Assembly: GCA_963778115.1 (NCBI GenBank)
Contig: CAVZSV010000005.1
Location: 288,001-352,000 of the forward strand
DNA: 64,000 nt
From: an uncultured delta proteobacterium
GTDB lineage: Bacteria; Bdellovibrionota; FAC87; UBA2466
Reading direction: 5' to 3'
The position numbers and the translations under genes are program-made. The notes under the pieces are model-generated. The model searched no databases. It was not told the DNA's origin and saw only the letters and a program-made list of their open reading frames with translations. Numbering within the stretch: the first letter of the stretch is position 1; the number at the start of each line of letters is the position of its first letter. Positions 29,417-39,233 of this stretch are shown here, piece after piece.

Positions 29417-30334
29417 ATGACGACTCGAATTTCAACACAACAAATTTTTAACACGAGCCAGTCGCACGTGGCCGAAGCCCGCAATCGCGAAATCTCTTCC
29501 TCGGAAAAGGCAGCGAGTCAGAAAGAGATCAATCGCCCCTCCGATAATCCGACGGGTTGGGTTAGGGCCCAATCAATCAAAGATGATCTCTCCCAGAGAA
29601 ACACCATTGCCAAGAATGCAGGCCTGGCTTCTCATATGCTGACCGTCAGTGAAAATGTGCTCACCCAGGTTATTGAAAACGTCCAACGAGCGCACGAACT
29701 AGCCATTTCGGCTTCTAGTACCACGGGCAATGAAGGAGGCGGCCGCAATCAGACACGGGAACACCTGCTCGCCGAGGTAAAGACCCTCTTTGACAGCACG
29801 CTTAGGACGTTAAACACCCGCTATGCGGGAAAGACGGTCCTGGGAGGCTATCAGACCGACAGAGCGGCCTTCGATGAGACGGGCAAGTATGTGGGCGACT
29901 CAGGTAGCTTTCAGATTGAGGTCGGCAAAGGGCTTGTCATCCCCGTCAATCTCTCGGCCCAGCAGGTGATACAGGGCAAGGGAATTACCGCGGGTGTGGA
30001 TGTCCCGGAAGTATTAGGTCGTTTAGTGGATGGCTTAGAGCATAACGATACCGAGATGATTCGAAGCACTTTAGGCGATTTAGTGCGAGCCGGCGATCAG
30101 CTTTCTTTGGGCAGAAGCGAAGTAGGAGCTAGAATGTCGGAAATCGAGCACGCCGTAAATTCTCACGAAGAGCAAAAGATCGACGATACCGACGATATCG
30201 CTAAGATCGAAGAGGTAGACGCCATAAAGGCGTTCACCGATCTCACTCGGGATCAGACGGTCTTGCGCGCTGCTATCGGAACCACCCAGAAGATTCTCTC
30301 TGAAGATCCCGTCAATAATTTCTTTAAAACGTAA
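29417..30334 (+). CDS. flgL: hook-associated protein FlgL
   Basis: MTTRISTQQ, INRPSDNP, LNTRYAGK, VGARM, IEEVD; follows flgK. Confidence 0.88.
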   Translation: MTTRISTQQIFNTSQSHVAEARNREISSSEKAASQKEINRPSDNPTGWVRAQSIKDDLSQRNTIAKNAGLASHMLTVSENVLTQVIENVQRAHELAISASSTTGNEGGGRNQTREHLLAEVKTLFDSTLRTLNTRYAGKTVLGGYQTDRAAFDETGKYVGDSGSFQIEVGKGLVIPVNLSAQQVIQGKGITAGVDVPEVLGRLVDGLEHNDTEMIRSTLGDLVRAGDQLSLGRSEVGARMSEIEHAVNSHEEQKIDDTDDIAKIEEVDAIKAFTDLTRDQTVLRAAIGTTQKILSEDPVNNFFKT

Positions 30335-30419
30335 CTCATTGCGTCTGTTTTAATGAGGAACTGAATTTCTCCACTAAGTGTTTGAAATCCGCCTGTTTCC
30401 CTTCCTTTGAATTTTTCTG

Positions 30420-30446
30420 TTAAGAACCTTGGCCTAAAACCGATTA
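30420..30446 (+). promoter_or_regulatory. possible sigma-28 promoter of csrA
   Basis: TTAA-N15-ACCGATTA ending 8 nt before the csrA ATG. Confidence 0.45.
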
Positions 30447-30454
30447 GTCTCTTG

Positions 30455-30685
30455 ATGCTAGTGCTTACCCGCAAACTCGGCGAAAGTATTACAATTGACG
30501 ACGATATTAAGATCGTCGTGGTGCAGATCAAAGGTCGGCAGGTCCGACTCGGAATTGAAGCGCCGCGCGATACCAAAATCCACCGCGAAGAAGTCTATAT
30601 CGCCATCCAAGAGCAGAACAAAGCTGCCTCCGAATCCCAACTAGACCAGGTAAAAAAAGTTGCTAAGCTATTACGTCCCAGTTAA
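30455..30685 (+). CDS. csrA: carbon storage regulator CsrA
   Basis: [14 protein letters not shown]...QVRLGIEAP...IHREEVY. Confidence 0.97.
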   Translation: MLVLTRKLGESITIDDDIKIVVVQIKGRQVRLGIEAPRDTKIHREEVYIAIQEQNKAASESQLDQVKKVAKLLRPS

Positions 30686-30735
30686 CATCTAAGGGTAACC
30701 AGCCTTACTTCTTAGAGAAACTAGGAGACGAGCCC

Positions 30736-31275
30736 ATGATGGTGGAGACCACCCGTTTTGGAAGTATCTCTGTCGGTACTAATGACATAGTCACTTTTCC
30801 CGAAGGGATGCTTGGGTTTTCCAAAATTCACCAGTATGTCATCGTCGAAAGGGGAGACGACTCGCTGTTTTTATGGCTACAGGCCGTAAAAAAGCCCAGT
30901 GTCGCCTTTCCGCTCCTCGAGCCGCAGATCTTTGAAAGAAATTATAAGATCGAATTAGAAGACGAGGATCGCAAGCTTTTGGAGTTGCCCAGCCTCTCGG
31001 CAGCGAAGGTTTTTGCTATCGTTACCATTCCAAGCGATCCCACGAAGATGACGGCCAACTTGAAAGCGCCCATCATCATTAATATCAAGACGAGACTAGC
31101 GAAACAGGTCATTTTACATGACGCTGACTACCCCATCCGCAAGTCGATCTTTGCCGATCTTCAGCACCATTGTGCCGCTAGCCAAAGGACGATTTTTCCA
31201 CAAGCGGATGCGCCCGCTCCGACCTATCATGCGCTACACATCTCGGAGGAGTTGGTAGCTGAGACTTCGGCTTAG
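30736..31275 (+). CDS. fliW: flagellar assembly factor FliW
   Basis: TTRFG, FPEGMLGF, FLWLQ, MTANLKAPIIIN, QVIL. Confidence 0.95.
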   Translation: MMVETTRFGSISVGTNDIVTFPEGMLGFSKIHQYVIVERGDDSLFLWLQAVKKPSVAFPLLEPQIFERNYKIELEDEDRKLLELPSLSAAKVFAIVTIPSDPTKMTANLKAPIIINIKTRLAKQVILHDADYPIRKSIFADLQHHCAASQRTIFPQADAPAPTYHALHISEELVAETSA

Positions 31276-31285
31276 TAGAAAAGGG

Positions 31286-31317
31286 AAAGGAGAACTCTGA
31301 TGGAGTCCTCCTTTTTT
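31286..31317 (+). terminator. rho-independent terminator after fliW
   Basis: AAAGGAGAACTC-TGATG-GAGTCCTCCTTT plus T run. Confidence 0.7.
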
Positions 31318-31328
31318 ATTAGCAAGGT

Positions 31329-31356
31329 ATGTTACAGAAGTATAATTATACGACTA
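31329..31356 (-). repeat. dif-like 28-bp site, copy 2
   Basis: Minus strand TAGTCGTATAA-TTATAC-TTCTGTAACAT, between convergent genes. Confidence 0.6.
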
Positions 31357-31461
31357 GCATTTCCCTTTAACCCTCAAACGACCCCCTAAAGGTCGTGACA
31401 CAAGAAACCTTAAAGCGAGACCCACGGTCATGCCCTCATGTGGGAAGGGACTTTAAATCTC

Positions 31462-31947
31462 TTATCCCTTGTCCTGGAGGTCCCGATAGATAGCCAAAAC
31501 TTTTTTTACGTACTTTTTCGTCTCGGAAAAAGGGGGTATTCCGCCGTATCGGTCGACATTTCCAGGGCCTGCATTATACGCCGCAAGTGCCAAGGAGAGG
31601 TCGCCCTGATAGCGATTGATAAGCTTTCGCAGGCAATCGCAAGCCCCCATTAAATTATTCATTGCATGGTAGGGATCTTGTATCTGACACTCTCGAGCGG
31701 TACGGGACATCACTTGCATTAGGCCCATCGCCCCTTTGCGGGAGGTGGCTTTGGCCTGGAAGTTTGATTCCACTTTGACGACGGCCTGAACGAGTTTGGG
31801 GTCCAAAGATGCCCTTCGGGCGGCATCGGTTATCTTTTGAAGCATTTCAGCAGAAGGACTCGCTGATAGGATCGAGAACGGAAGAAGGGCCAGAGAGAGC
31901 CACATTGTCCTTCGAAAGAACGACCTATATCGAATAGGAAATGCCAT
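31462..31947 (-). CDS. lytic transglycosylase (SLT domain)
   Basis: AVVKVESNF, SRKGAMGLMQVM, ALAAYNAGPG, PPFSETKKYV. Confidence 0.95.
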   Translation of the reverse strand: MAFPIRYRSFFRRTMWLSLALLPFSILSASPSAEMLQKITDAARRASLDPKLVQAVVKVESNFQAKATSRKGAMGLMQVMSRTARECQIQDPYHAMNNLMGACDCLRKLINRYQGDLSLALAAYNAGPGNVDRYGGIPPFSETKKYVKKVLAIYRDLQDKG

Positions 31948-32959
31948 ATGACCCTACTAAAATCGAACCGCCTCCGAAATACAACCTTACATCACCCCTA
32001 ACTTGAGCTCCAAGCAGGGGAATATCGAAGCTGATCCCGGGACCAAAGACGATGGCGCCGGATTTTAGTGACGCTTCTTGCGCAAATTGGGCGGTGGCAA
32101 TGCCTCCCAGGACACGTCCGAGACTTAGGGTTAGGTTCATCGTAACCAATTTCTCCGCTATGGGCATTTGATACCGAGCATCTATGTGGAGCAGAGCATA
32201 GGCGAAGAAATCGGCCCCTAATTCGAAGCGGGTCCGCTCCATAGCGCGCATTCCCGCCCAAGCCCCAAAATTGACCGTACTATCGGAGAGACCGCCCCCT
32301 GCATAGCGGGCCATACCAATACTGGCTCCCAGGTAGTATTTGCTGGTCTCTAAGGATTGAAGCTCCGCAAAAAGTCGTCTAGATTGCTCGGCTCGGACTT
32401 TCGGATCATCACTATTCATAGCGACGTTGGAGGAAGCATCGGTCGCAGCACCGGGAAGCGGTTGAAATTGTGATGCGTAGAGTTGAGTTAAGAGTTGATT
32501 AAAATTGAGCCGAAGTTTGTATTCCACTACTTGTGGAGTTACCTGATTTCCCAACATGGGATCGACAAGGGGTTGGGATACGACGATAAATTCTTTGGGA
32601 TGTCTAGAATCGAATAGAAACAGAGAAAGCCTTTCAGTTTCAAGGTAACCAAACGCCATCAAATCGGTCTGGGTTTGCTTAAATCCCGCCGCAACATCGG
32701 CTTCCGAAAAACTTGCCAGGGCAAAGTTGGCCGGCTGGACACTGAAGTTTTGTGCTTGGACAAAAAGGGCAGTGAGGCCCGTTTGAATTTGGGGTCCCAG
32801 GCTAAAAGAGGAGGTGTCTGTAGTGGCCAGAACCGTTAGCGTTCGGGCCGCAACCCCCGCTTGTGCCTGCGGTTGCCCCGCACCGGCGGGAGCTTCGGCT
32901 GCCCCTTTATTTGAGGCCCCCATCAACAGTAAAGCTACCATCACCAGGATCTTTTTCAT
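31925..32959 (-). CDS. secreted protein with probable C-terminal beta-barrel
   Basis: ATG 32959 after GGAG; signal peptide; amphipathic strands ending ILVGSYGISYSI. Confidence 0.6.
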   Translation of the reverse strand: MKKILVMVALLLMGASNKGAAEAPAGAGQPQAQAGVAARTLTVLATTDTSSFSLGPQIQTGLTALFVQAQNFSVQPANFALASFSEADVAAGFKQTQTDLMAFGYLETERLSLFLFDSRHPKEFIVVSQPLVDPMLGNQVTPQVVEYKLRLNFNQLLTQLYASQFQPLPGAATDASSNVAMNSDDPKVRAEQSRRLFAELQSLETSKYYLGASIGMARYAGGGLSDSTVNFGAWAGMRAMERTRFELGADFFAYALLHIDARYQMPIAEKLVTMNLTLSLGRVLGGIATAQFAQEASLKSGAIVFGPGISFDIPLLGAQVRGDVRLYFGGGSILVGSYGISYSI

Positions 32960-32999
32960 TTTCGATCTCCAAAGCAAGTAACGAACTGCGATAGCGTCC

Positions 33000-33794
33000 T
33001 TAATAACCAACGAGGCCATATTTCTTAATGGAAAAATCGAGAAAGAGCGCCGGAATACAAAGCAACAGCGCGCTATTAATCATGACATAAGCCACAGAGG
33101 CCCAAAAGTGAAAATGAAAGCCGACTAAGTATAGCTGCTGAACCAATTGGGCCGCTTGATAGGTCGGAAGGGCGCGAATAAAGGGGTGGGCAAAGGCCGG
33201 AACCGTTTCGATGGGGTAATAAAAGCAGCTCGCGAATACCAGGGCTTGGCTCGCATAATCAAAGACAAACGAATACCCTTCAAAAACTAAGCTCATGGTA
33301 GTCCCGATAAGACCGATCCCAAACCCCATTAGACAGAGAAAAAGAAGAAGAACAAAGGAAGTCAAAAACAGATGGAGGGGGGTGTGAAACATCACCGCAG
33401 TCACGCCTAGGATAATTCCCGCCATGCAGATATGAAGCCCAATGGATCCAATGATGAACCCCGCAATGACTTCCAGCATGGAAGCCGGAGAGACGAGAGT
33501 AGCGATGATAGTAGACCAATATTTCTCCGAGACCATTTTGAATCGGAAAGTAGAGATCGAAGTGAGAAAAAGGCTGTGGCAAGTCGTTCCGACCAATACG
33601 AAGATCTGATAATTATCCTGACGCAACATTCCTAATTGGCTACCCTTGGTGAGCAGTCCCCGATAAAGAAAGAACATCAGAACTGCTGATTTTAGCGGGC
33701 TCACCGCATTTTGTAGCAAGTACTCCGCGGGAAAGCGCAAATTGAGCCGCCACTCCTTGCGAGCAACCGCCATAATACGTTCAAGGGAATTCAT
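33000..33794 (-). CDS. ABC-2 type transporter permease
   Basis: Six TM segments, EKYWSTI..TLVSP, FYYPIETVP. Confidence 0.88.
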   Translation of the reverse strand: MNSLERIMAVARKEWRLNLRFPAEYLLQNAVSPLKSAVLMFFLYRGLLTKGSQLGMLRQDNYQIFVLVGTTCHSLFLTSISTFRFKMVSEKYWSTIIATLVSPASMLEVIAGFIIGSIGLHICMAGIILGVTAVMFHTPLHLFLTSFVLLLFLCLMGFGIGLIGTTMSLVFEGYSFVFDYASQALVFASCFYYPIETVPAFAHPFIRALPTYQAAQLVQQLYLVGFHFHFWASVAYVMINSALLLCIPALFLDFSIKKYGLVGY

Positions 33795-34585
33795 GAAGCA
33801 CTCCTAAGACGAGGTGGTCCTTCCAGAGAATTTACAAAGGCGCCCGCTACGTTCGTCGCTCCATATTGAGCGAGTACCTGGTTCTTTTCGCCGCTAGCAA
33901 GAATCCGACCTCCATCGATAAGGACTAGATCATCGGCCAGAGCATCTGCTTCTTCCATGTAGTGAGTCGTAAGAAGAACCGTACACTTTAGACTTCGCAC
34001 GACACTACGCAGTTCTACCGCTAACTGGTAATCGATTCCCAAAGTCGGCTCATCCAAAATGAGCAGGTCAGGGGAGTGAATCATCGCACGCGCAAGCGCT
34101 AGTTTCGCTTTCATCCCAAATGAGTAGGTTTCGACCAGAGCATCTATAGAATCTTCCAAGCGAAGTAGGTGAGCCAATTCGTCGATTCGGCGATCGAGAC
34201 GCGCAACACGATAGAGCTGTCCAAAATATTCCAAGTTTTCGCGAGCCGTAAGACGATGGTAGACGAGGCTAGCTCCCAAACAGAGTCCCACGCGACTTTT
34301 TACTTTGTCAGGAGCCACTCCGAAGACTCGCACTTTCCCCTCGTGAGGCAAGCGAGCGCCCGTAGCTATCTTGATGAAAGTAGTCTTTCCCGAACCGTTT
34401 TTGCCCATTAAAGCGGTAATTCGGCCGGCGCGAATGTCGAGACTCAGATGATCCAAAGCCACGTGACGGTGAGAAATGAGTCGCTTAAATGGAATTCCCG
34501 CAACTTTTTTCCGTTCCTGAGTAATGTAATAAAAAAACAAGCCTTCGGCCTGGATGGCAAAATCGGAGCTAGATTTGTGGGCCAT
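33791..34585 (-). CDS. ABC transporter ATP-binding protein
   Basis: GKNGSGKTT, YSFGMK, LILDEPT, TTHYMEEA. Confidence 0.95.
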   Translation of the reverse strand: MAHKSSSDFAIQAEGLFFYYITQERKKVAGIPFKRLISHRHVALDHLSLDIRAGRITALMGKNGSGKTTFIKIATGARLPHEGKVRVFGVAPDKVKSRVGLCLGASLVYHRLTARENLEYFGQLYRVARLDRRIDELAHLLRLEDSIDALVETYSFGMKAKLALARAMIHSPDLLILDEPTLGIDYQLAVELRSVVRSLKCTVLLTTHYMEEADALADDLVLIDGGRILASGEKNQVLAQYGATNVAGAFVNSLEGPPRLRSAS

Positions 34586-34638
34586 AGTAAAAATTGTAAC
34601 ATGTGAAAGAGGAAGTGGCCCTGCGTCAAAAGGGACTA

Positions 34639-36771
34639 TTATGCGGCGAGTTTCGTCGGTCGTTTACCGCGAGAGAAGTAGTAGTTCGACGCGCGACGTT
34701 GTTGCGAAGAGAGCGGGAGACAGTTGAGTGCGACTCCCACCGGAGCCTTGGAGAAGACTTTGCAAGTTTGAATCGCTTCCACGATGTCTTTGGGGCGGGT
34801 GAGGTAGATACGAGCCACCAAGACAATAAGATCTGCCAATCCCGCCCATTGGTGGGCAAGGTTTGAGGCAAACAGAGGAGGCGTATCGATGAAAATAATG
34901 TCGTACTCACGACGTAATCTATCTAAGTATTGCTCCATCGGTTTCAAATAATTAGGCATGGCTACGGGTTCTATGCGACCTCCGCGAGGCATGAAAGAGA
35001 TACCTTCGTGAACGGTCTTAACGATAATCGAAGCGCTATGAATGCCTTCAGCGTTCTCCAAAATCGATTTAGCTCCCTGAGTATGATCTTCTTGGAAGCC
35101 ATAAAATTTATTGGGATGCGCTGTAATTAAGTCGCCATCGATAAGAAGCGTCTTTCGGTTGGGGCTCTGCGAGGACATCGCAAGATAACTAGCTACAGTG
35201 CTCTTACCTTCGCGAGAGTGGGGTGAGCTAATGACGACGATGGGACACTTCATGTCCTTGGTCTCTCTTAAGATACGGTAGTTCATGATCTTAAGATATT
35301 CCATTCCGAAACTGGGTAACTCATCGAAAGTGGAGGATAACCGACGCATCAACGGAATCTTTCCCAGGACGGGCAGATTGAGCCGGTGGACTTCGGCTTC
35401 ACTATCAAGTCGGGGGACAAGGGCAATGAGCAAAATGGTGGAGGCGACGATCGCAAAGATACTTAAAGATAAAGAGGCGTAAAGATATTTGGAAAGTTGG
35501 GGCTCAATGCGATTTCCTCTTCGGCTAGGCTCCTGTAGGCGGAAGATTTCAGCATTTCCCGCCGATAATTCAAGCTCCGTCTCCTGTTCCTTCTGGAAGA
35601 GGTTAGCGAGTAGCTTTCTTTTGTGAATCAATTCAGCTTGTAACCGGTCGTATTCTAAACGCTGCTGCTGATACTTCTTCTCTTTAAGCTGAATATCGGT
35701 AATCTCGCGTTCCGCATCGTGCAACTTGATTTCATCGGTTCTAAACTCTAACTCCAATTGGGAGATCCGGTGCCTTACTTCGGTTGATTCGATTGGGTTC
35801 TTTAAGAAAGCGAGTTCTTCTTGATCGTTAAGTTGCCCCAGAGCTCCTTCTACGCGATTTATCTCTGTATTGATATCATTGACCCTGGCCTCTTTGTCTG
35901 GGGAAGGGGACTGTTTTTGAAGCGTCAGTTGGTATTGCAATTCAGACAGACGAGCCGTCAAAGCGGCAATAGAAGCGTCCTCGGCGGTGTGCTCGCCACG
36001 TTTTGCTTTCGGAACATTCATGATGAGGTGCTTGAGTGCCCGATTAGTCGCCAACTGTTGTCTGAGATCCAAAGCTTGTCCCCGAAGTCTTTGTAAACCT
36101 TTTCCCTCAATATTGAGCATGATGAAGTTAATAAAATCTTCATTCTTCTTCTGAAAATCAGCGAGATTATATTCTCTTTCCGCTAACTGTCGGGTCAGAC
36201 TTGAGATTTGACGGCTCAAAAAATCCCGTTTCATCATGACGTCGCGCTGTCCAACTTCAGGGTAGTAGGCCTGAATCGTGTTCATGTAGGTAAGGCAGAT
36301 GGAATAGGCGGCGTCTTGGGTGATAGCGGTGCATCTGACATTGTAGATGTCGCTATTTCTATCCCAGGATAGAGAGATCCAGTTACGGAAGGCCTCAAGA
36401 GGGTACGCAACCCCCCCTGGAAAGAATGGTCGTAAATACACGGGACGACCTTCATTGTTATAAAAATCGGTGAACTGATTGCGAAATCGTTCCATGGCTT
36501 CCTGGCTAGAGAGAAGAAATGCCATGTTTTGTTTTCGAGCATTACTCAAATTGGAAACTCCCGGCATCATCACGGATTGATAGAGTTGACGACGGGAAGA
36601 ATCAATAAGAAGTGTTGCGGTCGACTCGTATACGGGATCGGTACGATAGAATTTAACTAGCGATACGCCGTAAATAAGTGCGACTTCTAGCGCAAAAAGC
36701 CACCAATGCGTCTTTAGATAGCTTAACGCTTTAAGTATTATCTGAAATTCGTTTGTAGGATTTTGAAACAT
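34639..36771 (-). CDS. Wzc/GumC-like polysaccharide co-polymerase with tyrosine-kinase domain
   Basis: TM-PVYESTATLLID, coiled coil, second TM, LPVLGKIP, REGKST, LLIDGD, IFIDTPP, short NYYF tail. Confidence 0.88.
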   Translation of the reverse strand: MFQNPTNEFQIILKALSYLKTHWWLFALEVALIYGVSLVKFYRTDPVYESTATLLIDSSRRQLYQSVMMPGVSNLSNARKQNMAFLLSSQEAMERFRNQFTDFYNNEGRPVYLRPFFPGGVAYPLEAFRNWISLSWDRNSDIYNVRCTAITQDAAYSICLTYMNTIQAYYPEVGQRDVMMKRDFLSRQISSLTRQLAEREYNLADFQKKNEDFINFIMLNIEGKGLQRLRGQALDLRQQLATNRALKHLIMNVPKAKRGEHTAEDASIAALTARLSELQYQLTLQKQSPSPDKEARVNDINTEINRVEGALGQLNDQEELAFLKNPIESTEVRHRISQLELEFRTDEIKLHDAEREITDIQLKEKKYQQQRLEYDRLQAELIHKRKLLANLFQKEQETELELSAGNAEIFRLQEPSRRGNRIEPQLSKYLYASLSLSIFAIVASTILLIALVPRLDSEAEVHRLNLPVLGKIPLMRRLSSTFDELPSFGMEYLKIMNYRILRETKDMKCPIVVISSPHSREGKSTVASYLAMSSQSPNRKTLLIDGDLITAHPNKFYGFQEDHTQGAKSILENAEGIHSASIIVKTVHEGISFMPRGGRIEPVAMPNYLKPMEQYLDRLRREYDIIFIDTPPLFASNLAHQWAGLADLIVLVARIYLTRPKDIVEAIQTCKVFSKAPVGVALNCLPLSSQQRRASNYYFSRGKRPTKLAA

Positions 36772-36824
36772 TCTTTGTATGGGTTACCAAGGAAATGTAA
36801 TGAGTCTTTTGGTACCCAAATTAC

Positions 36825-36852
36825 TTAACGGCATCCTGGATTCGATTTGTTA
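36825..36852 (-). promoter_or_regulatory. possible sigma-28 promoter
   Basis: TAAC-N16-GCCGTTAA upstream of the wzc-like gene. Confidence 0.35.
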
Positions 36853-36949
36853 GGAAAATTTCACGATTGTCGGGTTAGTCTTGCTATGACGCATAACGAA
36901 CGACTCGCATCGCGTTACCACAGGGGGGAGGCTTATTCCTAGATTCGCG

Positions 36950-38449
36950 CTAAGTATTCGAATTTTTGTGCACTTGTTGTGGAAAGAAAAATCGCATGGA
37001 AAACATCAAGAGAAATCCTAAGACACTTGTCGTAATCATGGAGCTGAAATCCGCTCCCCAATTTAATAAAGTATAGGACGCGCAGACGAAGCAAGTCGCG
37101 TTTGCCCAACCAAAGGGAATGGAGCAAAAGTATTCTGAGAAGGCAACGAAAATGCCGAAGAAGATCGCAGTCCAATACAGTCCTGGATAGCCAAAATTCA
37201 TATACCCTTCTGCTAAATAAGAAAATCCGATGGAGGTCGCATCATCGTCTTCATTGAGATAATTGTAGAGATGTCCAAAGCGTGCCCAATCAAGCCATAG
37301 CGGCTTATCAGGCCATAAAAATCTTGGAATCGCCATGTAAAGCAGATGAGAATAGGTCGAGCCTTCCCAATATGGCACTTGAGAAGGCGTCATGGCCAGT
37401 ACTCTACCTAAGGAATCATCGCGAGCACGATCGTAACCGGAAAGGAGGAGGTCTAAATCATGAGGTCGATTCGTTCCTTCCGATTCACTATCAAAATTTA
37501 ATGATTGGACAGTCGTCGTTAAGCCGGAGTCGGAGTTTGCGTCAATAATCCCGTGACTGATCGCAAATTCACTTACCCTTTCCATCGCAGCTGCATCTGA
37601 AAGATACGTGGACCTAATCACATCTAAAGTAAATCCAATACTTTCTTCAAAGCTAATTCCATCAGATCTTAAAATGGTTCTCAAAAAGCCTTTTACCGGT
37701 TGAATCAAGAACAGGACGAGGGCCATGGGAACGACAAGAAATGCAAAGGATAGCTTACGACGAAGTAGCAGATTCGTTAAAATAAGAAACCCCACAGCCC
37801 ACATGTAGGTAAGGGTTTGAGTCAAGACGAACACTTCTATGGTAGAGAGTAAAACGGCAAATCTGCCCGCTATCAGAGCTTTCGGATGCTTACTCGATTC
37901 GGAAGAAAATAGAATCGCAGGGAGGAAGATTCTCGCTAACGAAACATAAGAGCCAATCGAATCTCCTACATTGAGTGCGGGCAAAGCCAGCGAAAGGGCG
38001 GCAATGATGACTATCTCCCAAAAAGAAAGGTCCCATGGTTCATACGAACTCCCTTTGATGGAAGGTACAAGAAGGGCATAGGCGAAGAAAAAGCAAAAGA
38101 TCGTGATGAGATCGCAGTAAATGTACTGGGTAACTTCGGGGATGAGCTCGGTAGAAATATTTCCGATTAGTCCCGCATGAGACACATCTTTAAACATCCC
38201 AAGAGTATTGTTTAAAAAATGGGAGAGAAAAATAAAGGCCAGCATGTTCACGCGTCCGAGAGCCAGGCCCATAAAGAGCGGAAATAGCTGAATGAGCGAA
38301 AGTAATAGCAATAGGGACAGGGCGCTGGTGTGTTCCTGCAAAGCTCCAGCGATCGCATAGGGCATGATGAGCCCCATCAGTGCTAGGCCCGCCCATGCCC
38401 CTATCCGAATTCCAGGTGAAGTCGATGTATTTTGAACATGCGTTGACAC
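36950..38449 (-). CDS. Wzy-like polymerase membrane protein
   Basis: About 11 TM segments; VPYWEGSTY, IPRFLWPDKP, AEGYMNFG; adjacent to the wzc-like gene. Confidence 0.7.
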   Translation of the reverse strand: MSTHVQNTSTSPGIRIGAWAGLALMGLIMPYAIAGALQEHTSALSLLLLLSLIQLFPLFMGLALGRVNMLAFIFLSHFLNNTLGMFKDVSHAGLIGNISTELIPEVTQYIYCDLITIFCFFFAYALLVPSIKGSSYEPWDLSFWEIVIIAALSLALPALNVGDSIGSYVSLARIFLPAILFSSESSKHPKALIAGRFAVLLSTIEVFVLTQTLTYMWAVGFLILTNLLLRRKLSFAFLVVPMALVLFLIQPVKGFLRTILRSDGISFEESIGFTLDVIRSTYLSDAAAMERVSEFAISHGIIDANSDSGLTTTVQSLNFDSESEGTNRPHDLDLLLSGYDRARDDSLGRVLAMTPSQVPYWEGSTYSHLLYMAIPRFLWPDKPLWLDWARFGHLYNYLNEDDDATSIGFSYLAEGYMNFGYPGLYWTAIFFGIFVAFSEYFCSIPFGWANATCFVCASYTLLNWGADFSSMITTSVLGFLLMFSMRFFFPQQVHKNSNT

Positions 38450-38570
38450 AAGTTCTCTTCGGAACGATGCGTCTAACGCATAACGCTATTTCCAATTGTG
38501 AAGAAAATTACAAAATCAGAAGGCGAGCTTACGGCGAGAGTCTCATTTACTGCCTTAGGAAACTAGAAGG

Positions 38571-39230
38571 CTAAACTAAGCGAATTGGGGCTACGGTTGC
38601 GGGAATCGTAAGGCGGGCAGCCGTAGCCTTACGAATCTCTTCGGGAGTCACGCCCGGGGCATGCTCACGCAAAACCAGTCCCTCTGCAGTAACATCGATG
38701 ACGGCAAGTTCAGTTACGATTTTCTTTACGACCCCTACTCCGGTCAAGGGGAGCTGACACTTCGGTAGGATCTTACTTTCACCGTTTTTAGAGACGTGTT
38801 GCATGGCCACGATGAGCCTGGTTCCTGAAGCCACTAGGTCCATGGCTCCTCCCATGCCCTTAACCATCTTTCCAGGAATGATCCAGTTGGCGATGTTCCC
38901 TTTTTCATCAACTTCCATCGCTCCCATTACGGTGAGATTCATGTGCCCCCCCCTAATCATCGCAAAAGAATCGGCACTCGAGAAAATAGCAGACCCGGGA
39001 AGGGTAGTGACCGTCTCTTTGCCGGCATTAATATAATCAGGATCCACCTGGGATTCTAAAGGGTAGGGACCCACTCCCAGAAGACCATTTTCACTTTGTA
39101 AGACGACCTGAATTCCCTTTGGAATATAGTTCGCGACAAGGGTGGGTATTCCTATACCCAGATTGACGTAGTCACCATCTTTTAGTTCGAATGCGATCCG
39201 CTGTGCAATCTGTTCTCGAGTCAACGCCAT
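38571..39230 (-). CDS. scoB: 3-oxoacid CoA-transferase subunit B
   Basis: [32 protein letters not shown]. Confidence 0.93.
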   Translation of the reverse strand: MALTREQIAQRIAFELKDGDYVNLGIGIPTLVANYIPKGIQVVLQSENGLLGVGPYPLESQVDPDYINAGKETVTTLPGSAIFSSADSFAMIRGGHMNLTVMGAMEVDEKGNIANWIIPGKMVKGMGGAMDLVASGTRLIVAMQHVSKNGESKILPKCQLPLTGVGVVKKIVTELAVIDVTAEGLVLREHAPGVTPEEIRKATAARLTIPATVAPIRLV

Positions 39231-39233
39231 AAC

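Noticed and set aside
34576..34602. Third copy of the dif-like repeat (..TTGTAACAT)
   Set aside because: Only part of the right arm matches; the left arm and ATAA core are absent
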